From positions 2,940,001 through 2,972,000 of the forward strand of contig NZ_RSDW01000001.1 of NCBI RefSeq assembly GCF_003945235.1: DNA of 32,000 nucleotides, read 5' to 3'. Positions 9,469 through 18,024 of this stretch are shown here, piece by piece. The notes under the pieces are model-generated. The model ran no database searches, was not told the DNA's origin, and was given only the letters and a program-made list of their open reading frames with translations. Each line of letters opens with the position of its first letter. Position 1 is the first letter of the stretch. The stretch is from Edaphobacter aggregans (GTDB lineage Bacteria; Acidobacteriota; Terriglobia; Terriglobales; Acidobacteriaceae). The position numbers and the translations under genes are program-made.

Positions 9469-10071
9469 ATGCCATCCATCGAAAGCAACCAGCTACTGCT
9501 CGCCGCCGCGTCCGCCGCCGAAGACAAAAAAGCTGAAGACATCCGCATCCTCGCCCTCGACCCCGCCGAGAGCGGTCTCACCGACTACTTTCTCATCTGT
9601 AACGGCACGAACGACCGCCAGAACATCGCCATTACCGATGAGATCGAGCTTCGCCTCAAACGCGAGTTCGGCGTCTACCCCAACTCCGTCGAGGGCCGCC
9701 GCCAGGCAGAGTGGATCCTGATGGACTATGTTGACTTCATCGTCCACGTCTTCTCGCCGGAGAAGCGTGCGTTCTATGGGCTGGAACGTCTGCGTAAATC
9801 GGCTACGACGCTAAGCATTGCGGAGTTGAATGACGCGTTGAAGGAACGAATTGCGGCGAGTCGCACAAAGGCACCGAAGAAGGCAGCGGCGAAAAAAGCT
9901 GCTCCAGCCCTGAAGAAATCGCCCGCTAAGAAAGCCACTGCCGCAAAAGCCGTTTCCTCCAGCAAAACGAAGAAAGCTGTGAAGAAGGCTGTCGCAAAGG
10001 GCAAGACCAAGGGTTCGGTCAAGACAGCTGCAAAGCGTGCAGCCGTCAAGAAGGCGTCCCCATCGAGGTGA
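9469..10071 (+). CDS. rsfS: Ribosomal silencing factor RsfS (Iojap family) with a 68-aa Lys/Ala-rich C-terminal extension
   Basis: The RsfS core is AAEDKKAEDIRILALDPAESGLTDYFLICNGTNDRQNIAITDEIE...WILMDYVDFIVHVFSPEKRAFYGLERL. AAGGAG at 9459-9464 sits 4 nt before ATG 9469. The track start at 9382 and ATG 9448 are alternatives. Confidence 0.85.
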   Translation: MPSIESNQLLLAAASAAEDKKAEDIRILALDPAESGLTDYFLICNGTNDRQNIAITDEIELRLKREFGVYPNSVEGRRQAEWILMDYVDFIVHVFSPEKRAFYGLERLRKSATTLSIAELNDALKERIAASRTKAPKKAAAKKAAPALKKSPAKKATAAKAVSSSKTKKAVKKAVAKGKTKGSVKTAAKRAAVKKASPSR

Positions 10072-10125
10072 GTTGCAACGGGAACTCCAGCTTTTGTTGA
10101 ATGATCCTTTATTGCACAGACAAAG

Positions 10126-10161
10126 AGAAAGGGCGGGGAGCAAATGCTTCCCGCCCTTTCT
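10126..10161. terminator. Bidirectional intrinsic-terminator-like hairpin between convergent rsfS and the TonB-dependent receptor
   Basis: AGAAAGGGCGGGGAG (10126-10140) pairs with CTTCCCGCCCTTTCT (10147-10161). That is 14 Watson-Crick pairs plus one G-U, around a 6-nt loop CAAATG. It is flanked by a short T run on the plus strand and sits between the two stop codons at 10071 and 10186. Confidence 0.6.
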
Positions 10162-10185
10162 TTGTAACCAGTTATCGAGCCAAGG

Positions 10186-13100
10186 CTAGAAGACCCATTT
10201 CGCCCAGAGCCTGAAGTTTTGGAAGGTAGGTTCGCGGGCAAACGACTTGTTGAGGAATGAAACTGTTCCTACATCCAGCAAGCTGCTGTCCAGTGGACCG
10301 ACGTTATTGTGGTTGCCGATGTTCTGACCTTCGGCACGAAGAATAAATTGGCTGCTTTCAAAGCGCTTGAAGGGCGCTGGGATCGCCTTCTGCAGCGCAA
10401 GATTCCAGAATGACTGGCCGGGGTTCTCGAAGCTGTTACGACCAACCTCCTGGTTTTGATACTGAGCACCGTAGGGAATCAGGAAGTGAACCTGACTTGC
10501 CGTGACCGGATTCAGGATATTTCCATTAGCAGGGCTATTGTTATTGGCTGCCAAGTCGTAATAAACACCCGGCGTACCGCCAACGTAGGTTCCGTCGATT
10601 CCAACCATGTTGATCGACGCGTGACGATTGCCGACGATAGGACGATCGTTGGCTGTACTGCCGTCTCCATTGGTATCAAGGCCTAAGAGGCTGTACGACT
10701 GATAGGATCCCGAGGAAAACTGAGTCGTTCCGGATATGGTGTAGTTGCGAGTGAATGCTGACAACAGCAGGTTGGCTGCGAAGTTATCGGAGTGGAACCC
10801 TGCGGGTGACCAGGCATACGCGAACGATGCCACGTGCTGGCGATCAAACGCGGAGTGGCCGTAGTCCTGAAAGAGTCCATTACCAGCCAGATTTGCGGAG
10901 TATGAGGTCGGCGAGGCGAAGGTAGCGAAGACCTCCGACGCGTCATCCAGCAGCTTTCCGAAGGTATAGGATGCGCGGAAGAAGAGGCCGTGACCAAAGC
11001 TGCGCGAGCCCTCTATCTGGAGGCTGTTGTAGTTTGAGTCGGCACGATTGTCCCTGATATTGATTGCATTTCTGTTTGGGTTCAGGCGGGGCTGATTAAA
11101 TCCACCGAAGTAGTTAAGTTGACGATTGGAAAATAGCTTCTGTCCGCGTGCGCCTACGTAATTTACTGCCAGTTTGACCTGGGCAGGGAGCTCGCGTTCT
11201 ACACCGAAGTTGTACTGATAGGTAAGTGGATTGACCAAGTCACTCGAAACGCTTTGAACGGATGAAGTCAAACCATTCAGGACGGGAGTAATCAGGTCAA
11301 GCTGACCGGTGGCGTTTGTTAGTCCCCCGGTAACCGTTGAAGTATTTGTGCCCGTGGGAGCGTTCGGTGAAGACTGAGCCGAATTGACGAGAATATTCGT
11401 GAAGTCGGTATCGTAGAAGATTCCAAATCCTCCATGAATTACCGTCTTGCCATCAGAAAGGAATCCATAGTGAGGAACAAAGGCGAACCCAATACGGGGA
11501 GCTACGTTGTTCTTGTCGGCCTTGACCTTGACCACCGTGTTGATGGGGGCAAAGGGATTGTTGGGGTCAACAGCAGGGTAGGGCAATACGTTATCCGGAA
11601 CGGTAACGTAGTCATACCGGAATCCGACATTGATCGTGAGATCGGGCGTCAGCTTAATATCATCCTGAGCAAATGCAGCGAGCTTCCACATGTGTGGATC
11701 GACCCGTGTCGGACCGAATGACTTGCTGGCGGAGCCTGAGGTGCCGAGTCTGTTCTGAAGGAAGTTATCCAAGGAGGACAGGCCGCCACCCGCTGCAAAA
11801 GTAAGGCCACCGAGCGCGTTCTGTGCGATCAGGTCTGTCTCGTGGTCGCGACCGACATCTGCGCCCATCCGGAGGGAATGTCTGCCTTTTGTCCAGCCAA
11901 CCGTATCTTGAAACTGATAGAGCTGTTGGGCTCGTCCCTGAGGAATATTCTGGGAGACTCCGAGTGTGGGAAGTCCACTGCCTGAGAGGGTAACGTTGTA
12001 GATTTTCGCAAGCGGGTTGGCGAGAGTCTCGGGGGTAGGCGTGAACAATGCATCGAGCCTTACCTCTGAGCCGCGGAATTCATTGAGCAGGTTGGGCGTG
12101 AATACGTGTGTCCACGTACCCTGCGCAAGTTCGGAAGGACCGCCGACCTCTCCATCGAAACCTGGAAGGCCAGAGGTGTTCAGGCCAAGATCCGGCGTGA
12201 AGTTGGAGCGGTCATGCATGTAACGGAAGGTGAAGGTATCGGCAGACCGAGGAATGAAGTCGATGCGATACATCCACTGTGTATCTGGCTCTTCTTGTGA
12301 CACAGGAGGCCGCTGGAAGAAGGCTGTCTGCACCGTGCAGCCGCCTGGGCATCCACCTGCCGCGCTTACCTGCAAAGGCCTGACGTTATCCTGAAGCAGG
12401 GCAAAGGAAGTAAGATAGCTGCCGTTATTAAGCAGACCCTGGAGTAGGGCGACTTGCGGACCGCCAATCGCGGTCAACTGAGCATAGCCCGCAGCATTAG
12501 GAAGCTGAATCTGCCCGGACGTCGATTTTCCATAGAAGCGGCTGAACTGGGTTCCGCCAAAAGCAAATAGTTTGTCTCTCCAGAGTGGGCCACCAGCAGT
12601 GAAGCCAAACTGGTGCTCGTTGTACCGAGCTTTCGGATTCGGTTCCGAGGGATCGAAGGGTCCACCCTGCCGGGTAACACCATCCAACGCGTTCAGACCG
12701 GAACCAGAGTAGAGTTCGAAGACGCTACCGTGAAACTGATTGGTGCCACTCTTTGTAACCAGATTGACTACGGCTCCGCCCGAGCGACCGTATTCAGCAG
12801 AAGCGGAGTTCAGAAGAGCGGTGTTGGATTGATACATGTCAGGGACCTGCGGGTTGAACGACTGGCCGCCGATGCCTACGTCATTGATGTCCTGGCCATC
12901 GAGCATGTAGTTGTTGCTACGTGGCCGGGCGCCGTTTACGGAGAGCTGCTCGAAGTTGCCGCCGACGCCCTGAAGATTGAGCGATGGGTTCATCATCTGC
13001 ACACCGGGAAGGGTTGCGACGAGTTCAAACGGGCTCAGGGAGAAGATGGGAAGCAAGGAGAGCTCTTTCGACTCGATTGTCCCGGACAGATGCCCGTTGT

Positions 13101-13485
13101 CTGTATTGATCGAGTTTGTGTTCGCCTCGACGCTGACCATCTCTCCAACCGTACCGACGTTCAGAATTGGATCAAAGGTCGTAATGATCGAAGGGAGAAC
13201 TCTAAGATCTTTCACCTCAGTATCGCTAAATCCCGCCATCGTGACCTTGATCGAATAGAGACCAGGGTTGATAGCTTCTACACGATAAGAGCCTGTTTCC
13301 GACGATGTCGTCGTCCGGATCTCGCCTGTTTCCTGGCTGGCCACGGTAACATTCGCGTTCGGGATTACAGCACCCGTCTTATCGCGAACCGTGCCTGCAA
13401 CAATTCCTTTGCTTGTTTGCGCGAACCCGACGCCAACCATCACAAAGAGAGTTAACAAGGCTATTGCTAAACTTTTCAAACGCAT
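10186..13485 (-). CDS. TonB-dependent outer-membrane receptor with N-terminal carboxypeptidase-regulatory-like domain
   Basis: Signal peptide MRLKSLAIALLTLFVMVGVGFAQ is followed by GIVAGTVRDKTGAVIPNANVTVASQETGEIRTTTSSETGSYRVEAINPGLYSIKVTMAGF (CarboxypepD_reg). A plug/barrel motif AEYGRSGGAVVNLVTKSGTNQFHG follows, and the C-terminus ends in an aromatic residue (WAKWVF). Confidence 0.9.
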   Translation of the reverse strand: MRLKSLAIALLTLFVMVGVGFAQTSKGIVAGTVRDKTGAVIPNANVTVASQETGEIRTTTSSETGSYRVEAINPGLYSIKVTMAGFSDTEVKDLRVLPSIITTFDPILNVGTVGEMVSVEANTNSINTDNGHLSGTIESKELSLLPIFSLSPFELVATLPGVQMMNPSLNLQGVGGNFEQLSVNGARPRSNNYMLDGQDINDVGIGGQSFNPQVPDMYQSNTALLNSASAEYGRSGGAVVNLVTKSGTNQFHGSVFELYSGSGLNALDGVTRQGGPFDPSEPNPKARYNEHQFGFTAGGPLWRDKLFAFGGTQFSRFYGKSTSGQIQLPNAAGYAQLTAIGGPQVALLQGLLNNGSYLTSFALLQDNVRPLQVSAAGGCPGGCTVQTAFFQRPPVSQEEPDTQWMYRIDFIPRSADTFTFRYMHDRSNFTPDLGLNTSGLPGFDGEVGGPSELAQGTWTHVFTPNLLNEFRGSEVRLDALFTPTPETLANPLAKIYNVTLSGSGLPTLGVSQNIPQGRAQQLYQFQDTVGWTKGRHSLRMGADVGRDHETDLIAQNALGGLTFAAGGGLSSLDNFLQNRLGTSGSASKSFGPTRVDPHMWKLAAFAQDDIKLTPDLTINVGFRYDYVTVPDNVLPYPAVDPNNPFAPINTVVKVKADKNNVAPRIGFAFVPHYGFLSDGKTVIHGGFGIFYDTDFTNILVNSAQSSPNAPTGTNTSTVTGGLTNATGQLDLITPVLNGLTSSVQSVSSDLVNPLTYQYNFGVERELPAQVKLAVNYVGARGQKLFSNRQLNYFGGFNQPRLNPNRNAINIRDNRADSNYNSLQIEGSRSFGHGLFFRASYTFGKLLDDASEVFATFASPTSYSANLAGNGLFQDYGHSAFDRQHVASFAYAWSPAGFHSDNFAANLLLSAFTRNYTISGTTQFSSGSYQSYSLLGLDTNGDGSTANDRPIVGNRHASINMVGIDGTYVGGTPGVYYDLAANNNSPANGNILNPVTASQVHFLIPYGAQYQNQEVGRNSFENPGQSFWNLALQKAIPAPFKRFESSQFILRAEGQNIGNHNNVGPLDSSLLDVGTVSFLNKSFAREPTFQNFRLWAKWVF

Positions 13486-13736
13486 ACATTTACTCCGTCA
13501 TGTTCGACAAGGTTGAATTGAATCCTCGGTAGGATCAGGCTTGGCGGGTTATGCCACAGGCAGCTGACACCGAACTTGCGGCTGGCGAACGCGAACCGCA
13601 GCTTTAGTTAAGCATTTCAGTGGCCACACTCGTAACTATAGGAATTTACTTATCTACGACTATTCGGGAGGACATAAAATATGGAATTTGGAATAACCGT
13701 TCTCCAATCTGTAAGAACCGAAGGCGAGCTGAACCG

Positions 13737-14192
13737 ATGAAGATCGTCCTTGCCGCAATCCTTCCACGCCGCGCTCGAACCAAGGCCGAAGGAACGGACC
13801 GTCTGCTCGCGGACTATATAGAGAGGGTCGCACGGTATACGCCCTGCGTCTCTATGCTCTTCGACTCCGAGCCATCTCTGCTGGAATGGGTTGACCGACA
13901 GCCTGGTCGTGCGCCGGCTTACGCGGTTTTATTGGACAGCCGCGGCAAAATGTTCTCTTCCGAAGATTTTGCTGTCCAGATCAGCCGTCTTCGCGACTCC
14001 GGCACTCAAAATCTGGTGTTTGCTGTCGGTCCCGCGGACGGATGGTCCGCTGTCGCTCGCACCCGCGCTAATTTACTTCTTTCCTTCGGCCCCATGACAC
14101 TACCCCATCAACTTGCCCGCGTCGTCGTTGCCGAACAGGTGTATCGCGCACTGACTATCATCGCCGGACACCCGTATCACTCCGGGCACTAG
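13737..14192 (+). CDS. rlmH: 23S rRNA (pseudouridine1915-N3)-methyltransferase
   Basis: MKIVLAAI...AVLLDSRGKMFSSEDFA...LVFAVGPADGWS...LSFGPMTLPHQLARVVVAEQVYRALTIIAGHPYH is the SPOUT RlmH signature, including the C-terminal HPYH. The track ORF starts at 13620, but the upstream 39 codons do not resemble RlmH. Confidence 0.9.
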   Translation: MKIVLAAILPRRARTKAEGTDRLLADYIERVARYTPCVSMLFDSEPSLLEWVDRQPGRAPAYAVLLDSRGKMFSSEDFAVQISRLRDSGTQNLVFAVGPADGWSAVARTRANLLLSFGPMTLPHQLARVVVAEQVYRALTIIAGHPYHSGH

Positions 14193-14227
14193 AGCATTCG
14201 TAGCCGAAGCTGTGTTCTCCTTCTGGT

Positions 14228-14767
14228 ATGACCGAGACCTCCCGACGCGGACTGATACTCATCAACACTGGACCCGGCAAGGGCAAGACTACTGCTGCCC
14301 TTGGGACTGCCTTCCGAGCCGCAGGCAATGGCATGCGCGTGCTAATTCTTCAGTTCCTCAAGGGCTCATGGCACTACGGTGAGCTCGATGCTGCGAAGCT
14401 CCTTGGCGAAGACTTCGTCATCAAGCAGATGGGTCGCGGCTTTGTGAAAGTAGGCGGCGCCGAGACCGACCCCGAAGATATCCGCATGGTGGAGCAGGCC
14501 TGGGATGAAGCGGCGGCGGCGATTCTTTCGGGTGACTGGGATCTTGTTGTGCTTGACGAGATCAACTACGCGATTGGGTACAAGATGCTCGACCCCGAGA
14601 AGGTTGCCGAGGTCTTGCGCGCCAAGCCGGAGATGGTTCACGTCATTCTTACGGGGCGCAATGCTCATCCCACTCTGATCGAGCTGGCCGATACCGTCAC
14701 CGAGATGCGCGAGGTGAAGCATGCATATGAAAAAGGCATTCTTGCCCAGCGCGGGATTGAGTTTTAG
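14228..14767 (+). CDS. cobO: Cob(I)yrinic acid a,c-diamide (corrinoid) adenosyltransferase, CobA/CobO/BtuR family
   Basis: GLILINTGPGKGKTTAALGTAFRAAGNGMRVLILQFLKG (P-loop), VVLDEINYAI, VILTGRNAHPTLIELADTVTEMREVKHAY and a C-terminal GIEF are all characteristic of the family. Confidence 0.9.
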   Translation: MTETSRRGLILINTGPGKGKTTAALGTAFRAAGNGMRVLILQFLKGSWHYGELDAAKLLGEDFVIKQMGRGFVKVGGAETDPEDIRMVEQAWDEAAAAILSGDWDLVVLDEINYAIGYKMLDPEKVAEVLRAKPEMVHVILTGRNAHPTLIELADTVTEMREVKHAYEKGILAQRGIEF

Positions 14768-14816
14768 CTTTACAATCGGCTCATTAGAAGCTAACCGATT
14801 GAAGGGTGCACCTCCA

Positions 14817-15620
14817 TTGAAGAGCTTGCTTCACTATATTTTCTGCATGTTTTTATATCTGTCGTCCGCGATTGCGGTACAGGCGCAATGGGAACGCGTG
14901 ATCACTGGTGATGCCAGCTTTGACACACCGGATCATCCCTCTCCCCATCCGCTCTCTTATTTCACTCGCCGCCCCTTCTTACGGGGTTTTGAGAACTCTC
15001 TCTGCGACGACTCCGAAACACCACAAGGCACGGCTGAATGTGCACGCGACTTCAGCGCGAAGGTTTCCGTGCGCTCTGTCGGCACGCTAAGCGGTTTCCA
15101 TATTGTTGAACTTCTCTATACCTTCACTCCCACGGACAACGTGACCGATAAAATTCCTCAAATGTGGAAATCCATCCTGGTAAAGACGGGGACGGACTCC
15201 TATCGTGAGATCTACCATCTGCAGTCTTATGCAGCTCCTAGTATTCCGGATCATTCCAAGCTGGAACCTTCTCGAATCGTCCATGTTGGAACAGAGACTG
15301 TTCTCGCAACGAGGGATTCTGACGGGGGTAATGGCGGTGGTTGTTACGAAGCATATTGGTGGTTCAGCCCGGACGGACCGCAGCCGCTCGATTTTTCATC
15401 GTTCACTACTGCTATAAGAAAACGGATTCCTCGCGATGCAACCTTCACTCCGAGCTGTTGGGCGCTCTATCTGGATCGCAGCGAATTGAAATCCTGGGTC
15501 CAGAAGCGCGACGCGAAATGTCACGGCTGCGGCGGTCTGGGCGAAGTTATCGCGCACTTTAAGCTGAACGGGGCGAGTGTCGAAGCTACTGACATTCACT
15601 TCCGATCTAATCCGGATTAG
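14817..15620 (+). CDS. Hypothetical secreted protein, Cys-containing, no family recognised
   Basis: The long ORF is 14721-15620. The part upstream of 14767 overlaps cobO. An in-frame TTG at 14817 gives (M)KSLLHYIFCMFLYLSSAIAVQAQ, a plausible signal peptide, and ATG 14847 is an alternative start. The protein contains a KCHGCGG motif near the C-terminus. The start is uncertain. Confidence 0.5.
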   Translation: MKSLLHYIFCMFLYLSSAIAVQAQWERVITGDASFDTPDHPSPHPLSYFTRRPFLRGFENSLCDDSETPQGTAECARDFSAKVSVRSVGTLSGFHIVELLYTFTPTDNVTDKIPQMWKSILVKTGTDSYREIYHLQSYAAPSIPDHSKLEPSRIVHVGTETVLATRDSDGGNGGGCYEAYWWFSPDGPQPLDFSSFTTAIRKRIPRDATFTPSCWALYLDRSELKSWVQKRDAKCHGCGGLGEVIAHFKLNGASVEATDIHFRSNPD

Positions 15621-15743
15621 CTGTGCAGTTATGAGGGATTTGGCCGTGGCTGGCCATCTCTGTTGGTTTGATATTGATTGTGACCTCTTGCGCCCTTTCA
15701 CGTTGCCCTATATTGTTTTGTTTCCATCGGAGAACGTTTTCTC

Positions 15744-17459
15744 ATGACATTGAAACCTTCGCCTACCTCCTCGCGACGCTCCTTCTTGAAAGCCTCCACG
15801 CTTGCCGCTTCTGCCATTGCGCTGCGCGGTTCGAACATTCTTGCCCAGGCTACGCAGGCTGACGCGCATATCGAGATCATGCCTGGCGAACCCATCGCCA
15901 CGATCTCCCCTGAGATCTATTCACACTTCATCGAGCATCTGGGCGGCGTTATCTATGACGGCGTTTGGGTGGGCGAGAACTCAAAGATTCCCAACCAGCG
16001 CGGCGTTCGCACTGCCTTTATCGACGCGATGCGCGCCGTGCGGGCACCGCTGTTGCGGTGGCCCGGCGGCTGCTTCGCCGACAGCTACGACTGGCGCGAC
16101 GGTATCGGACCTGCATCCAAACGTCCAGCACGCACAGCCTTCTGGGGCCAGCAGGATACGAATCAGTATGGTCTGCACGAGTTCATGCGTACGTGCCGGG
16201 CCATCGGCTGCAAACCGTATCTCGCTTCTAATCTGCGTACCCTGCCGGCGCGCGACTTCTACCAGCAGATCGAATACTGCAACGCGCCTGCGGGCAACGT
16301 GCCTTCGAACTCAGCCGCTCCAGCCGTCCCGAACTCTTTCGCTACGGAGCGCGCTGCAAACGGCGATGTCACCCCCTTCAACGTCGATATCTGGGGCGTG
16401 GGCAACGAGAGCTGGGGCTGCGGTGGCAATCTGACCCCCGAAGAGTATGCCGCTGAGTATCGCCGCTTTACTGCATGGACGCCGAGTTACACCCGGGAGC
16501 CCCTGCGCTTCGTAGCCGTCGGACCTAACGGCGATGATGTTGACTGGACGACACGGCTGTTCAAGGCGCTACATGCAAATCCAGAGCGGCGGCATCTGTG
16601 GGGGCTTTCGGTGCACTACTACACGTCCGGCAGTCCGAGTAAATTTGCGGCTGGCGATGCACTGCAGTTCAACGACGCCGACTTCTACGATCTGCTTACG
16701 CGCGGCAGCATTATGGAGCGCGTGGTGACCGATCACTGGGGAGCGATGGCGGACACCGACAAAGAGCACCGCGTGAAACTCGTCGTCGATGAGTGGGGAG
16801 CATGGTATGGCAAGGGCACCGAGCTTGCGCCTGAGTACAACCTCTCGCAGCAGTCCACCATGCGCGATGCTTTGCTGACCGGTATTACGCTCGACATCTT
16901 TCAGCGTCATGCGGATAAAGTGGCGGTCGCGAACGTTGCGCAGTCGATCAACTGTATCCACTCGCTTATGCTCGCGCAGGGCGATAAGTTCACGGTGACA
17001 CCGACGTTCCACGTCTTCAAGATGTATCTGCCGCATCAAGGGGCGCAAGCTGTTCGCGCGGAGTTCAAAGCACCGGACATCGCCAATCCGCTGGCGAACG
17101 CGCCCATTCCCGTTGGCGGCAACAGTTATCGTGGATCGCTTGAGGCTGTCAAAACGCTTGCAGGTCTGAGCGGTTCAGCCTCGGTCGCGACTACAGGCAA
17201 CGGTAAGGTGCTGACACTGAGCGTCGTGAACCCTCACCTCGACAAAGCACTCACGACTGAGGTCGCTGTGCGTGGGGCGACGATCGCTTCCGCGAAGGGC
17301 ACTGTCCTGGTCAGCAAAGATGTACACGATCACAACGATTTCGCGCACCCTGACGCGGTGAAGCCCACGATAGCAACCGTAGCCGGTCCGGCTGGAGGAC
17401 GCCTGCTCCATACCTTCCCGGCCGCGAGCGTTACCACTCTGGAACTGACTTTGGCCTGA
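15744..17459 (+). CDS. abfA: Alpha-L-arabinofuranosidase, glycoside hydrolase family 51, with twin-arginine signal
   Basis: The Tat motif is TSSRRSFLKASTLAASAIAL. GH51 signatures are IYSHFIEHLGGVIYDGVWVGENS, LLRWPGGCFADSYDWRDGIGP and WGVGNESWGCGG (acid/base Glu). Confidence 0.9.
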   Translation: MTLKPSPTSSRRSFLKASTLAASAIALRGSNILAQATQADAHIEIMPGEPIATISPEIYSHFIEHLGGVIYDGVWVGENSKIPNQRGVRTAFIDAMRAVRAPLLRWPGGCFADSYDWRDGIGPASKRPARTAFWGQQDTNQYGLHEFMRTCRAIGCKPYLASNLRTLPARDFYQQIEYCNAPAGNVPSNSAAPAVPNSFATERAANGDVTPFNVDIWGVGNESWGCGGNLTPEEYAAEYRRFTAWTPSYTREPLRFVAVGPNGDDVDWTTRLFKALHANPERRHLWGLSVHYYTSGSPSKFAAGDALQFNDADFYDLLTRGSIMERVVTDHWGAMADTDKEHRVKLVVDEWGAWYGKGTELAPEYNLSQQSTMRDALLTGITLDIFQRHADKVAVANVAQSINCIHSLMLAQGDKFTVTPTFHVFKMYLPHQGAQAVRAEFKAPDIANPLANAPIPVGGNSYRGSLEAVKTLAGLSGSASVATTGNGKVLTLSVVNPHLDKALTTEVAVRGATIASAKGTVLVSKDVHDHNDFAHPDAVKPTIATVAGPAGGRLLHTFPAASVTTLELTLA

Positions 17460-17531
17460 CCCTTCCTTGCCTCACGCATGAGCTAACGGGCGCGAAACTC
17501 TCGCCGATACAGCTTGTGTGTGAGGTCTTCT

Positions 17532-17990
17532 ATGATTCGTCTCTTCGGCGCTCTTCTCTTTCTTGTCTCTGCATCCGCCTCCGCTCAGGACTACAGTTAC
17601 AAGGTCGTCTACAGCGGTGGGTCCCTCGCGTCAGTCCGATCGGGTGCAGACGCAACGCTCTACGTCGATCCGACAGTGGTACGAATCGTTGTCGATCACC
17701 TCAACGTTGTCTCGATTCCCTCGAATACCATTACGCAGGTCGCTTTCGGGGATGAGGTGCCGCACACTCTCGGCTCGCTCATCACTCTCGGCAAACAGAA
17801 GAAGCACCTGATCGGTTTTACATGGGCTTACTATTCTCAGCGCGGGGGTCTCGCCATTCAGTGCACCGCGAGCGAGTACGAAGGAATTCTTCTTGCGCTC
17901 CAGGGAGTCTCCGGCAAACAAGCTACGAACATCTCTGATGTGCCAGCGAAGGCCGGTGATGCGCAAGTCGCGGCCAATGCTCACCCGTGA
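17532..17990 (+). CDS. Hypothetical secreted protein
   Basis: ATG at 17532 gives MIRLFGALLFLVSASASAQ, a signal peptide, followed by a small beta-rich-looking domain. No family was recognised. The track start at 17514 adds 6 residues. Confidence 0.5.
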   Translation: MIRLFGALLFLVSASASAQDYSYKVVYSGGSLASVRSGADATLYVDPTVVRIVVDHLNVVSIPSNTITQVAFGDEVPHTLGSLITLGKQKKHLIGFTWAYYSQRGGLAIQCTASEYEGILLALQGVSGKQATNISDVPAKAGDAQVAANAHP

Positions 17991-18024
17991 TGCGCGCGAT
18001 GATTAAAGACTGATCAGCCAGGTC

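Noticed and set aside
13486-13640. A possible cobalamin riboswitch in the leader of the TonB-dependent receptor (minus strand). A GCCACTG heptamer, as in the conserved core of B12 elements, occurs at the complement of about 13614-13620.
   Set aside because: I could not find the other conserved blocks in the expected order: GGGAA...GGTG.AA.TCC, CCCGC.ACTG, or a B12 box like AGYCAGGAGACCTGCC. A single heptamer is expected by chance. A covariance-model scan would settle it.
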